DNA from: Octopus bimaculoides
Lineage: Eukaryota
Direction of reading: 5' to 3'
Assembly (NCBI RefSeq): GCF_001194135.2
Contig: NC_068983.1
Location: 104,279,758-104,343,757, forward strand
DNA length: 64,000 bases
Under the pieces are notes generated by a model that saw only the letters and a list, made by a program, of their open reading frames with translations, did not search any database and was not told where the DNA came from. Made by a program: the position numbers and the translations under genes. Position 1 is the first letter of the stretch. Each line of letters opens with the position of its first letter. This document shows positions 53,501-64,000 of the stretch, piece by piece.

Positions 53501-56500
53501 CCACTCACATACTGTGACTAATGTAATTGACTTGCCACCCACCTCCTCCAAATTTCTGTTCTTAAACTATGCAACTGGGCCAGTGTCCCATTCAGAGAGA
53601 GTGTTGTAGTCTTGGTCATTTGTATGCCATGGAAAATGGGTAACTAGCCTTATGAATCCTAGGGATCAAAAAAATAAAATAGAGGCAATAAGTTGTTTTT
53701 TTAAGCAGTTATTTACTTTATCACAATTAGAAATTCTGTACAAATTCTCATATGAAAAGATAATTTTATAAATATTCAAGACACATGTTTCACAATAAAC
53801 ATTTCCTCCAAAGAATCTAGCTCAAGTTGCAAAACAATACATCATCATCATCATTGTTTAACGTCCGCTTTCCATGCTAGCATGGGTTGGATGATTTGAC
53901 TGAGGACTGGTGAAACCAGATAGCTACACCAGGCTCTAATCTGATTTGGCAGTCTCTCTACAGCTGGATGCCCTTCCTAACGCCAACCACTCTGAGAGTG
54001 TAGTAGGTGCTTTTACATGCCACCGGCACGAAGGCCAGTCAGGCGGTACTGGCAACGGCCACGCTCAAAATGGTGTATTTTACATGCCATTTGCACAGGA
54101 GCCAGTTTGGCAGCACTGGCAACTATTTCGCTCGAATGTCTTTACATGTGCCATCTGGCACAAATGCCAGGAAGGCAATGCTGGGCACAGGTGCCATTGA
54201 CAGTTTCGCTTTCGCTTGCCCCAATAGGTCTTCGCAAGCCGAGTTTCGTTTCCAATGAAAGAGACGACGTTGGCATGGGTGCCAGTCATCGAATTTAATT
54301 CGATTTCGATTTCACTTGCCTCAACAGGTTTTCGCAAGCGAAGTTTAGTGTCTAATGAAGGAAGGTACATATAAGTGGGCTGCCTGAGGCCTTCAATTTA
54401 GGTCTCACTTGGCTTGCCGGGTCTTCTCACACACAGCATATTTCCAAGGCTTGCCGGGTCTTCTCATGCACAGCATATTTCCAATACAAGTGATATCAAA
54501 TTTTAAAATTAATTGAAAATGTCTAAGTAACATTGTAATATAAGCTTTCAGTGTAATTCAGACTGCCTCATGGTCCCAGCAGACAAAATGGAAAAGGTGT
54601 TGCCCTGGAGGGTAGTGAGGGAGATGTGCTGGAACATCCACTCTGACTCACAGGGCTCACACTTGCAGACAGCCATCTCTGCTCTAATAGCAGTGAGCAG
54701 GGATGTGATAAAGCAACTAAATTAATGAGTTAAACCAAGCTTATGTTCCAAACTGCAATTCTCTCCAGCAGTTATTTTGACACCTGGATATCATTTAGGA
54801 GTTGAACCACTTTTTTTTCTTCTCATACAAGTTAGGTAGATTGTTTTAGGGTGCAACTCTAGTAAGATCTTAACTCATGACCATATACTCAATAGTCCAG
54901 TATTTTGACCCCTCAACTAATGTACCTCTTATTTACTTATATAAAATTAGTGTTTATAAAAAGATTGTACAATCAATCACTATTTATATTATCAACTACC
55001 TATAAAACAGAAGAATATGTGATGAGTTATGACCCTAAGAATGAAATCATTAATATTTCAATAGATCAAGGCAGCCAGAATCATTAGCACGCCAGGCAGA
55101 ATGCTTACTCTTTTACTTGTTTCAGTCATTTGGCTGCGGCCATGCTGGAGCACCACCTTTAGTCGAGCAAATCGACCCCCAGGACTTATTCTTTGTAAGC
55201 CTAGTACTTATTCTATCGGTCTCTTTTGCTAAACTGCTAAGTTATGGGGACGTAAACACACTAGCATTGGTTGTCAAGCAATGGTGGCGGGGGGACAAAC
55301 ACAGACACGCAAACACACATACATATATATATATATACATGTATACGACGGGCTTCTTTCAGTTTCCGTCTACCAAATTCACTCACAAGGCTTTGGTCGG
55401 CCCAAGGCTATAGTAGAAGACACTTGCCCAAGGTGCCACGCAGTGGGACTGAACCCGGAACCATGTGGTTGGTAAGCAAGCTACTTACCACACAGCCACT
55501 CCATCCATCTTTACCTTCAGAGTTCAAATTCCCCAAGGGTCAACTTTGCTTTTCATCCTTCCAAGGTCAATAAAATAAGTACCAGTTGAGCATTGGGGTC
55601 AATGTAATTGAGTGGACCCTCTCTTGTAATAGCTGCTCTTGTGCCAAAATTTGAAATCAATATTTCAATAGATCATGTCAAAATTTTAATGTTTGTTATA
55701 ATTAATTTTAGAAATAATCTTCAGTTTCTGATTTTGTACTCATTCATTTTCTTTTACCCTATTTCCAGAGTTAAAGTTGGATAGTAAATTATTTCCTATA
55801 ACTATCGACTGCCCTGTTTTTGCTTTACAATACATCGGTGTAGCTCTCTCACCAAATGCTTCATTGTTAGCTGTTGTCGCTTGCCCTGCTTGCCCTTTTG
55901 ATCAGAAGCAATTGAAGGAACCTTTGATGGTAAGCTAAGATGTTGTCATCTTTTTATTATATGTCATTTTCCAGACTTTCAGCATCCCCCCCTTAGCCTA
56001 ATTGTCATTTATTCATATCTAATAGTAAACAGTAAGATCTACCTTATACATGGAGAAATACAAAAAAATTGAGTGGATCACATCTTCATACACATGTAAA
56101 GAAACAAAAAACATACTCTTACAATTACAACATGATACACATATTTGTATATAAATTCAAAAAAGGATAAAAATCTTTTACAAGAATTTTATCAGGAAGC
56201 CAGTGTGTAAAAAAATTCATAAGGGAAATTTCTATTCCCAAGAATATAATTATTCGTTTATATTTATATAAGGGCATTACTACAGAATAATGCTACACAA
56301 CAGTTGTGTGACATTATTCTGTAGTAATGCCCTTATATAAATATATATATATATACGCACACACACACACATTCTCTATTACTATTTTGTACATTTACAT
56401 GAAAAAGATACTCTTAAAATTAGATCAGTTATTAGAGGTAAGTACACATGCACGCACATCTTACATTGTAATGTTACTATGCAAAAGTAGTTCAATTTTT

Positions 56501-59500
56501 GCTTCTATGATATAATATTACTTTTTATACAACCTTCCCCTGCACTCTTTCTTTTCTCTCTCTCTCCTTATTTTTTCTCTGTCTATAAGTCTAGGAGCTT
56601 TTGCTTATGTAAGAAATTACTATTTTTTGTCTCTGTTTATTTTTATAGCTGTGTGTCAGCCGTCTGAGCTTGTGGCCAGAATACCCTGATATTCTGCAGC
56701 TCTCTGAACATAGTAAGTAGTTTTTTGATTTGTATCGATCATGACTAAATGTGAGAGTAAATATACATCATTTTTTGAGCGAGATCATTGCCAGTGCCCC
56801 TGGACTGGCTCTTGTGCGGGTGACACATAAAATACACCATTTTGAGCATGGCCGTTGCCAGTACCGCCTGACTGGCCTTAGTGCCGGTAGCACGTAAAAG
56901 CACCCACTACACTCTCGGAGTGGTTGGCGTTAGGAAGGGCATTCAGCTGTAGAAATTCTGCCAAATCAGATTGAAGAGGGGTGTAGCAATCTGGTTTCAC
57001 CAGTCCTCAGCCAAATCGTCCAACCCATGCTAGCATGGAAAGCGGACATTAAACGATGATGATGATGGTGTGAAATAATACATGCTTGAATATATAATGA
57101 GTAGAAATCTTAATACAGTTATTGTTTTATGTTCCTTTTCTATCCACGTTTATCTGCTTTCATTAGTTGAATGGTTAACAACCTACAGTAAAATATATTT
57201 TTTACACCAGTTCAAATAAATCAATTTATACTTTTGCAAGTATCCAACTTTAATGTCACGAAAAGTATGTAACATGAAGAATAAAGTAAATGATGAAATT
57301 TAAGGTGTGCAAGGGAGTGCTGAAAAGTTCCTGGCTTTATGGGTATTGCAAAAGGCCTAGCTGGAGGCCCAGTCTTCTGAATTCTTTTACAGGGCTTAGA
57401 AAAACTGAAAGACCCCTGCAATAAGCGTATGAATCTGAGAGGGGAATATGTTCAATAAAATCATAATTAACTGATCCTCCTGTATTTTCTTTTACCCAAA
57501 GCTAGGAATTTTTCATCACCCCTCTTATATGTATATAACACATCACTGGTATCACAAGCCAGCTTCTAAATGGTCACTTGACTGCTAGAAATAGTAGCCA
57601 AATTTCCATCAAATCACACACTGCTGTCTTAGAAAAACGAATACATTGGATAATGTGGTTCTAGGTTCATTGTGCCTGGGAAAGAGACAAGAAAGTCAAT
57701 GTTGGAATGCCTCTGAGCATAGATTTTCTCAACCAAAGCTGACTTAGGAGTAAATAACTACAATAACAAGAATAATAGCTATATTGGTCACAAAGATGCA
57801 CATGCATACTGCTCTGCTGTGCTCTGTATTGCTTTACAACGAATGACTAAAATCATAATTAACTGATCCCCTGCATTTTCTCTTACCCAAAGCCAGGAAC
57901 TTTTCAACACCCCTTGTATGTTGTTTAAGGTACTAGATTATAGTTTAGTCAAAAACTAAGATAACCTTATGTACCAACTTTATTATGTTACAAATAAAAG
58001 ATTTATTGTTCCACTTTGTATCAGCATTAGAAAATGGCAGATGCATTCTGACATATGTTTATGTCTCAGTTGGCACCACTGTAAAATAGGGGATGTAAAT
58101 TACACTCTGTAACACAATTTTAGTCCTTGGGTAGCAATTGTTATTTCCTATTTGCTTACCCCTAAAAAGTATGAAACTTGGCTAATATTTCCTTCAAACT
58201 TTGCTTTTGTTACATTTATTCAAACCCCAAAGATGATACTCCCCCACTACTCCTGCTCATGATCAGAGATGCACATATTGTCAGCCACTAAGGGACATGC
58301 TCAAGTAGTTACGGTCAAGCAAATGACAAGCAAATCTGTGGTATTGAGCAGAATATTTGCTATAAGGATATTTCTGCTTCAGCAACTCAGTGCTGAATCT
58401 GTCTGAAATGTAATGGAAAATAGGTCAGTTTCAAAACATTGATGTCCAGGTCACAAAAACAAAGTTTAAAGGGAATAGTATTAATTTCCTTTGATTTTTT
58501 GACAGAAACAAATAAGAAATAACACTTATTGACTAAAGACAATAAAAAAAGATTAGATTTTGTGAGACTGTGTTATCAAACTGTTTTTATGGAAAGAGGG
58601 AGAATGGGCAGAAATGGTCAAAGAGAGTGGCTGAATGAAAGCCTGAACTGTCTAAAATATTTCTCTTCATTAAATTGTTAACTATATTGCAGCTCACATT
58701 TACTGTTTTACAATGCTTGTTTGTTAGCCAAATTACAGACTTTTATTTCTATTCAAAGATTAAAGAAAGTGAATATTTATATGTTCCTTCTATTACCATG
58801 ATGATGAGACTGCCTTTTAAAAGGTATTGAGATATGAACCTGTGAGTAATTATCTAAGTGGTCAATCAATCCACTAGAAATAGAAGCCAAACCTCACTCA
58901 AATCACATGCTGCCTTCTTAAAAAAAGGTTGGATAATGTAATCCAGGGTACATTTTCCCTGAAAAAAAGGGGATTGTCATAATTTTAATGTCTTTGATTG
59001 TAGGTTTGCTTAATCAGAGTTGACCTGGGGCTAAACAACTACTAGATAATGTGGTGTTATGGATGACTTATAGTCATACACAGTGAAGAGTAAGTGAAGC
59101 ATAAGTTGGTTTCTAGTTTATTCTAATATTCATTATAGTTGTTTGGCTCCTCACTTGTATATTACTTAGCAATTCATTCTTTGTTTTCCATGAAAATAAC
59201 TTAATTATCAAAAGTTGTTTCTCTGTATTATTATTTACTAATTGTTCTTGTCTGTTTCAGGGGGAATTCGAGATATCCATGATGTACTGCTTCTTTATCT
59301 ATGGGGTTTGATGAATGACAAACCTCTGATAGCTCCATCTGTGTTGCACCTTCTCACAGATATGGACTCCTGGCCTGGTCTCTCTCTCACTCAACTACGA
59401 ATGATCAGGTATTTATGTTATTCTAAATGTTTTACATTATTTCCGATTTCATCATCCATCGTTTTAAATTCGGGGTTTGTCCCCATTAACGGGGATGTCC

Positions 59501-62500
59501 GGAACTACCTCAATACCATAGCAACTGCCCTCACACCATCTCGCCATCTTGCCCAGTTTTGGGTGTCCTCCCTTCTCAAGCCAACCCTCCCAATCTCCTC
59601 CTCCACTTGTCCCCTCCACATTTTCCTCGGTATACCTCACTTTCACTGTCCTTTTACCTCAAACTCTAGCACCCTCTTCAGTACATGCTCCTCATCACAT
59701 GCCCATACCACCACACTCCATTCACCCTTGCCAGCCATTCTACTGATTCCTCCAACCCCAGCATCCCCATCAAGTCCTCAGTCCTCCTCTTATCAAACAG
59801 CCTCAGGCCATGCATTTCTCTCACCATTGCTCTCTCAGTCCTCAAAATTGCCATCTCTCTCTCTCTCTCAAACACCATGTCTCACTCCCATACAGCATTG
59901 CAGCTCTCACACAACTCCTATAGACCTTTCCTTTCGTTTTCAATGAGAACCTTTTCCCGTATAACAACACTCCACATTCCCTGAACTTCACCCAGCCAAG
60001 TCTCACTCGTGCTGTCACAGCTGCTTCACATCCATCGCTTACATTCACCCTATCTCCCAAATAACAAACCCTGTCACTGTCTCCATCTCATCACCTCATC
60101 CAGCCTTCCAGCTCCTTTCTCATATCTCCTACAAACAACCTCTCTCACCAGTCTTGGGGTCACCTTCTTCATTTTCATACATCTATCATGAATCCATTTC
60201 TCACATCATTAGAAATTTATTAAAACAAAGAATAATTTTTTCTTTTTTAAATTCAATGATTGATTAATTCATTTTTAGATGCCTTTTATCACTGGATAAA
60301 AATACACGCAAACTTATAATCATGGGGGAACATAGCTTTGATCTTGTAAGTATTTCTTTTTCCTCCTTTTTTGACTTTGTTAATTTAATAAAAATGGCAT
60401 TTTTTTAATGTAGGTAAAATGGCCTAGTAGTTAAAGTATTGAATTGCAATATCTTGTATAGTTACTTCAAATTTGTTTCAATTTTAATGTTGTGTTGTTG
60501 CTGCTTCAATTGAAGTTCATTGTTGCAATTTGAGTTGAAGATATTCTGCTACTTTCCTGGATTGTTTTACTGTATTTAGATTAGCAGGACAGTTAGGAAG
60601 TATGGGACAATTGCAATCTGGACAAACGTTGGTGATTTCTAGTTCTATTTGACTGCAGTAGTTCTTCAACATGAACCAGAAACTGTTGTGCAATTGTGCT
60701 AGTATTTTTTATGTTTTCAGTGGTAGGCATCCTTCTTTCTTATTGATCATAAGTTGGTCAGGTGATTAATATTCAAAGCAAGTAACCCTAAAGTGCATTT
60801 TCAACTGCTAAGCAGTAAAATTTCTTTGTTGTAGTCTCTTTGCTTTTCATTGCTAATAAATTTCTAGACTATATGAATTTTATTGAATTTTGTGAATATA
60901 CTTACCTTTCTTTTTTTGTCTGGATCTGAAAATAATTGGAGATATGTGGGATATCTGTTGTGGTATTGAGCTAGGTATTTGCACACTCAGAAAGTATGAG
61001 TATGATTGTACTTTCAGAATTTTTGCTTTGTGATGTAGCGGTCTTCAGCTGCTATTTTGACGCAACTTGTGGCCACTCAAAGAAATCTCTTACTATGATC
61101 TCTAAGGCCTTGAATTGTGGTACTTTAAGAACAACAGTTTCTGCTGTTTTTGCTTTTGTTTTCTGTCTTTCAGATTTTGCTCGGTAGAAACCTTTTTGTT
61201 GTAAAGCGGTCTTTTACCACTGTTGTATCTGTCTTTTGACGATGGTTGTCACTCTGAAAGATATTGTTATATTCTGACGTCGTCGATAGAGTGTTTCTAT
61301 CTGGCACTGTATGACCCCCAGTTGTACAATGTTAATATCCTCAAAAGGTTGGATCGATATAACGTCCACACAGTATCACAGTATAATTACTATATCAGCT
61401 CAGACATGACTATCAACACAGTCTATATGTACTCTCATCCTTCCTGACCTTCTGGCGTCGACCGGCTATTGGTTTCTTTATAGTGGCTGACTACTACCAC
61501 TTTTTACGAGGAGAGGTGTATGGTTTCACTTTACAACACTTTCAAATGGCCTTTACTTTCACACTTGTAGCAGTTGAGTTTTTTTGTTGTGATTCATCAG
61601 TCTCATTGCTTTTATTTCTGCACCCATGCTGGGACACAGATTTAGAGTAGCTCTGTGGCTATTAGGACTTACATATCCAAGTAGGCTGCACCCATTCATA
61701 TTGTTTCTAGTTTCCCTGGTACTCACTATGTGCTTATGCTGTGCCACAAAGATGACAATGAGCCAAAGTTCAACATCATTGCCAATGGCCTTCACCATCA
61801 CCTCATGTTTGTATTGTCTCCTGTTTTCTAACACTAACCTATGGGCAGGTTTATGACACACTAGCTCAGCCTGTTTTCTTACTTCAGTGTCAGCTTTGAA
61901 AGCCAAGAATGACATTTCTCTATGCTCAATCCCAGCTGAAGTAGGAGGTATCACTCAACACATCAACCAGGACTACCTCTAGTTGCTGCTTTGAGGGCAT
62001 AAGGAAAACCCCTGTGTTTTTAAACTGACAAAAATATGTAATCTTCTTTTTCACCTTTGGTTAAAGACTATGAGAGGGGAAGCATTTTCTTGATCACATA
62101 TCTCTTGTTAAGTCACTCGTGTTTAGTGTCTTTCTATTACTACCAATGTTAGTGAAGGAGTTATGTTGCTTAACCCTTTAGTGTTTAAACCGGCTATATC
62201 CGGCCCAAATATTCTACTCATTTTAGGCTCAAACTGGCCAGAACCAGTATCTCACACCTACCCTGCAATGTCATTCTAAAAATAAACAATTACATCTTTC
62301 CACTCTTGAAGCTACAAGATAATACCAGATTAATTTTTTTTTAATGTAAATGAATAAGGATTACTTTTGACATATTAATTTGAACGTTAAAGGGTTAAAA
62401 CAACGCTTTCATTAAAATTGGCCTGTTTTCTTCACTCTGTGAAATGTGTATTGTTGTTAATTGACATTTTTAACTGTTAAGATATTATTTTTTCATGTTC

Positions 62501-63731
62501 AATGTGCAGGTTGCTTTGAAATTAAAATTTGCTTTCTATGTAATGTTCATTTTTCACTTTTTTTTTTCTTTCTTTTTTTTAATTTTTGAGTGAGTATTTT
62601 CTCTGATAAGTTATCTTGAGTTGATTGTAAACAAAAGCAGAAAAATAAGATTGTATCAAAAACATCAGCTCTTGTGTCTCCCCTGTACTAAATGAGACAT
62701 TCAATGTATTCCAGGACAATCCCTATTGAAAACTATCCCTAAGGAAATATTTTTCTTTCAGTTGCGCTTAGTGAAAAATCTAAAATTCTTAGAGTAAGAT
62801 GGAAATACATCTGCTCATAATAATATTTAATCATCTTTTCTACTATAAGCACAAGGTTTGCAGTTCTAGGGGAGGGTGCTAGTTGATTACAGCAGCCCAT
62901 TACTTAACTGGTACTTATTTCATTGACGCTCTCCAAGGATGAAAGCCAAAATCAACTTCAATGGAATTTAAACTCAGAACATAAATCTAAAGTGCCAGGA
63001 GAAATGCTGCTAAGCATTTTGTCTGGCATGCTAATGATTCTGCCAGCTAGCTGCCTTATAATAACATTTAATAATAAAAAGACTAATGATTTATAATAAT
63101 AATAATAATAATTTCAAATTTTGGCACAAGGCCAGCAATTTCAAGGGAGGAGGTAAGTTGATTCCATCGACTCCGGTGCTCAACTGATACTTATTTCATT
63201 GACCCCAGAAGGATGAAAGTGAGCAAAATGCCAATAAGCATTTTGCCTAGCATGCTAATGATTTCCAATAATAATAATAATCCTTTCTACTATAAGCACA
63301 AGGCCTGAAATTTTGTGGGAGTGGGCTAGTTGATTACAATGACACTGGTGCATAACAGGTGCTTATTTCATTGACTCCAAAAGGGTGAAAGGCAAAGTCG
63401 ACCTTGGCAGAATTTAAACTCAGAAGAAAGACAGACGAAATGCCACTAAGCATTTTGCCCGGTGTGCTAACAATTCTGCCAGCTCGCTGCCTAAGAAGAA
63501 GTGGTGGTGGTGGTGGCAGCAGTGGTTATAATAATTATAATAATAATAGCTGTTGTTGTTGTTTCTAGCATGGTCAATCTTCTCAACCATCACTTTCATC
63601 ATCAAGTTCATCATTTGCATCTAACAATAAAGAATCACTGAAGTATCTTCATACTCTGCTCATGTTCAAGTTTATCCAGCCTTATATTGTCAATACTTTG
63701 ATCCCACGTATCACAGAACTGGATAATTTAG
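38417..63731 (+). CDS. GTF3C4: General transcription factor 3C polypeptide 4 (TFIIIC90/delta), 15 exons, 3'-incomplete
   Basis: Exons 38417-38545, 41616-41748, 42748-42865, 43130-43208, 43941-44061, 46548-46716, 48325-48404, 49910-50064, 51540-51660, 52325-52408, 55769-55929, 56649-56712, 59261-59408, 60279-60345, 63569-63731, all GT-AG with consistent phase (1792 nt). Motifs LTWSDDNRIA, YKSANWSPKGADDVGRCVLACLAIDHRLTI, MKNGDVVFW and IGVALSPNASLLAV match recalled human GTF3C4 (WSEDHRV, FKYTSWSPMGCDANGRCLLAALTMDNRLTI, GIAVSPCGAYLA). The C-terminal Zn finger is not in the window. Confidence 0.92.
39563..39898 (-). mobile_element. tRNA-derived SINE, family B
   Basis: Reverse copy in GTF3C4 intron 1. 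Confidence 0.85.
40681..40690. other. Assembly gap (10 N)
   Basis: N run joining (CT)n to an RTE tail. Confidence 1.
40691..40856 (+). mobile_element. RTE 3'-end copy next to a 10-N gap
   Basis: 3' UTR and (GAT)n tail. Confidence 0.85.
41616..41748 (+). CDS. GTF3C4: GTF3C4 exon 2
   Basis: gaaag|GAA...CGA G|gtgaat; ELTTNFHLLRGTLLARRTIISPHSDIFYSTEIFNLEELENRLPR; bridges phase 0 to 1. Confidence 0.82.
42345..42535 (-). mobile_element. tRNA-derived SINE, family C
   Basis: Reverse copy. Confidence 0.8.
42748..42865 (+). CDS. GTF3C4: GTF3C4 exon 3
   Basis: tttcag|AG...AG|gtaaaa; EFNSILIDRTISP...YKSANWSPKGADDVG. Confidence 0.93.
43130..43208 (+). CDS. GTF3C4: GTF3C4 exon 4
   Basis: ctgtag|A...AAA|gtaagt; RCVLACLAIDHRLTICREDRYRSVWIK. 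Confidence 0.93.
43479..43863 (-). mobile_element. Young CpG-rich tRNA-derived SINE with 12-bp TSD
   Basis: AGTATGAACTTT at 43467-43478 and 43864-43875; (AAC)n tail; head TGGAGGCGCAATGGTTAGGGCAG...GGTTTCGATTCCC. Confidence 0.88.
43941..44061 (+). CDS. GTF3C4: GTF3C4 exon 5
   Basis: tttcag|GTC...G|gtaagc; VIDCSKVYEDIWKK...ISYALAAV. Confidence 0.9.
44196..45974 (+). mobile_element. Internally deleted RTE LINE (AP endonuclease joined to C-terminus, RT missing)
   Basis: CIQEVRW, GVGIL, SAYAPQ, GEFNGHVG and NTNF endonuclease motifs, then ARVRIAWAKF and MLHGSETWA, 3' UTR and (GAT)n. Confidence 0.88.
46548..46716 (+). CDS. GTF3C4: GTF3C4 exon 6
   Basis: acttag|CT...AG|gtaaat; AMAWSN...FASAMKNGDVVFWKVHFP. 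Confidence 0.92.
46776..47003. mobile_element. piggyBac-type MITE
   Basis: TTAA|CCCTTTAGC...GCTAAAGGG|TTAA. Confidence 0.8.
47700..48157 (-). mobile_element. RTE 3'-end copy with expanded ~26-bp tandem array
   Basis: About 11 units of TGGTACCAGCACCAGTGCTTTTTACG at 47866-48157. Confidence 0.8.
48325..48404 (+). CDS. GTF3C4: GTF3C4 exon 7
   Basis: tttcag|T...G|gtaatc; SGDCVYLTTASIHDSIPTSMSWCPSQE. Confidence 0.9.
49097..49478 (-). mobile_element. tRNA-derived SINE, family B
   Basis: Full-length reverse copy. Confidence 0.88.
49910..50064 (+). CDS. GTF3C4: GTF3C4 exon 8
   Basis: tttcag|AT...CAG|gttaga; DMILAVGYSDGMIKVIRF...SVNALSW. Confidence 0.92.
51540..51660 (+). CDS. GTF3C4: GTF3C4 exon 9
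   Basis: ttacag|GAT...G|gtaaaa; DQWLLFASKDLFIMAFVL...NLSCT. Confidence 0.9.
52325..52408 (+). CDS. GTF3C4: GTF3C4 exon 10
   Basis: tttcag|GT...G|gtaaat; GMSSRSGTLALSASDEKVQLIKATMKDE. Confidence 0.88.
53178..53398. mobile_element. Mariner-derived MITE
   Basis: TA(T)GAAGGGGTGCTGAAAAGTTCCTGG...CCAGGAACTTTTCAGCATTCCCATGTA. Confidence 0.8.
53841..54483 (-). mobile_element. RTE 3'-end copy
   Basis: (CAT)n tail at left, 3' UTR, ORF-end remnants. Confidence 0.85.
55105..55503 (-). mobile_element. tRNA-derived SINE, family B, nested in a family C SINE (55069-55665)
   Basis: Family C head before, family C body (GAGTTCAAATTCC...) after. Confidence 0.8.
55769..55929 (+). CDS. GTF3C4: GTF3C4 exon 11
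   Basis: ttccag|AG...ATG|gtaagc; ...YIGVALSPNASLLAVVACP... Confidence 0.92.
56649..56712 (+). CDS. GTF3C4: GTF3C4 exon 12
   Basis: ttatag|CTG...A|gtaagt; LCVSRLSLWPEYPDILQLSEH. Confidence 0.85.
56785..57067 (+). mobile_element. RTE 3'-end copy
   Basis: Nearly identical to 3053-3338. Confidence 0.85.
57307..57529. mobile_element. Mariner-derived MITE, reverse of 53178 copy (partial third copy 57848-57919)
   Basis: Same TIR and interior in opposite orientation. Confidence 0.78.
59261..59408 (+). CDS. GTF3C4: GTF3C4 exon 13
   Basis: tttcag|GG...AG|gtattt; GIRDIHDVLLLYLW...LSLTQLRMI. Confidence 0.87.
59420..60150 (-). mobile_element. RTE LINE C-terminal fragment, second subfamily
   Basis: GCEAAVTARVRLGWVKF...VYRSCVRAAMLYGSETW; WYGHV. 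Confidence 0.85.
60279..60345 (+). CDS. GTF3C4: GTF3C4 exon 14
   Basis: tttttag|A...CTT|gtaagt; RCLLSLDKNTRKLIIMGEHSFDL. Confidence 0.8.
60900..61990 (-). mobile_element. Degraded retroelement gag/ORF1-like relic with zinc-knuckle remnants
   Basis: NCYKCESKGH at 61572-61546 and CHLCGTA*AH at 61757-61728; frameshifts and stops. Confidence 0.45.
62170..62398. mobile_element. piggyBac-type MITE
   Basis: TTAA|CCCTTTA...TAAAGGG|TTAA. Confidence 0.8.
62840..63493 (-). mobile_element. Three tandem family C SINEs (about 62840-63060, 63115-63265, 63282-63493)
   Basis: Three same-orientation copies separated by (AAT)n. Confidence 0.85.
63569..63731 (+). CDS. GTF3C4: GTF3C4 exon 15 (last in window)
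   Basis: ttctag|CAT...TTA G|gtaagt; 54 open codons HGQSSQPSLSSSSSSF...YIVNTLIPRITELDNL; phase matches exon 14. Confidence 0.75.
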
Positions 63732-63907
63732 GTAAGTGCTCATAATGAAAGATTCCTTGCAGTATTTTAGATTTTTGCTTCTCACAGATGATTTGTATTA
63801 TTCATATTTGCCTTTTTACATTGAAATGGTTTATGTCAGCACATAACACTATATTAGTTTAGGTTTATGTTCTGCAAAATTAATTCTTAGGCAATTTTCT
63901 TTTCTTT

Positions 63908-64000
63908 CATCATCATCATCATCATTTAATGTCCACTTTACATGCTAGCATGGGTTGGACGATTTGGCTGAGGACTGGTGAACCAGATGGCTACACCAGG
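63908..64000 (-). mobile_element. RTE 3'-end copy (runs off window)
   Basis: (CAT)n-TTTAATGTCCAC... Confidence 0.8.

Noticed and set aside
59242-59946. 234-aa ORF as a single coding unit
   Set aside because: Only 59261-59408 is exonic; the rest is read-through antisense to an RTE fragment.
61559-61954. 131-aa minus-strand ORF as a gene
   Set aside because: Off-frame reading through a degraded retroelement relic; no start context or splice support.

Overview
AT-rich, repeat-dense eukaryotic genomic DNA with four N gaps. The SINE and RTE-LINE repeat families look cephalopod, most likely Octopus (inference from recalled repeat families). Two spliced housekeeping genes lie head-to-head with only 154 bp between their start codons. 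(1) Minus strand, 9 coding exons, 38262->23656: a complete 294-aa METTL18/Hpm1-like histidine methyltransferase. (2) Plus strand, 15 coding exons from 38417 to 63731 (about 597 aa), continuing beyond the window: GTF3C4 (TFIIIC subunit 4). I rebuilt all exons by hand from GT-AG sites, phase consistency and recalled protein motifs. No protein-coding gene is confidently supported in 1-23600. That region holds an internally deleted ISL2EU-like DNA transposon (intact THAP ORF convergent with a SAP-domain ORF, AT TSD), several MITEs, a Penelope-type hammerhead relic and LINE/SINE debris. Most notable: a SINE whose 20-bp TSD duplicated a METTL18 3' splice site, inverted SINEs bracketing the SAM-binding exons, the ISL2EU relic, and an LTR-like insertion with a long TSD and terminal hairpin. 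No CRISPR, rRNA or genuine tRNA genes were seen. Repeat boundaries are approximate unless TSDs or TIRs are quoted.
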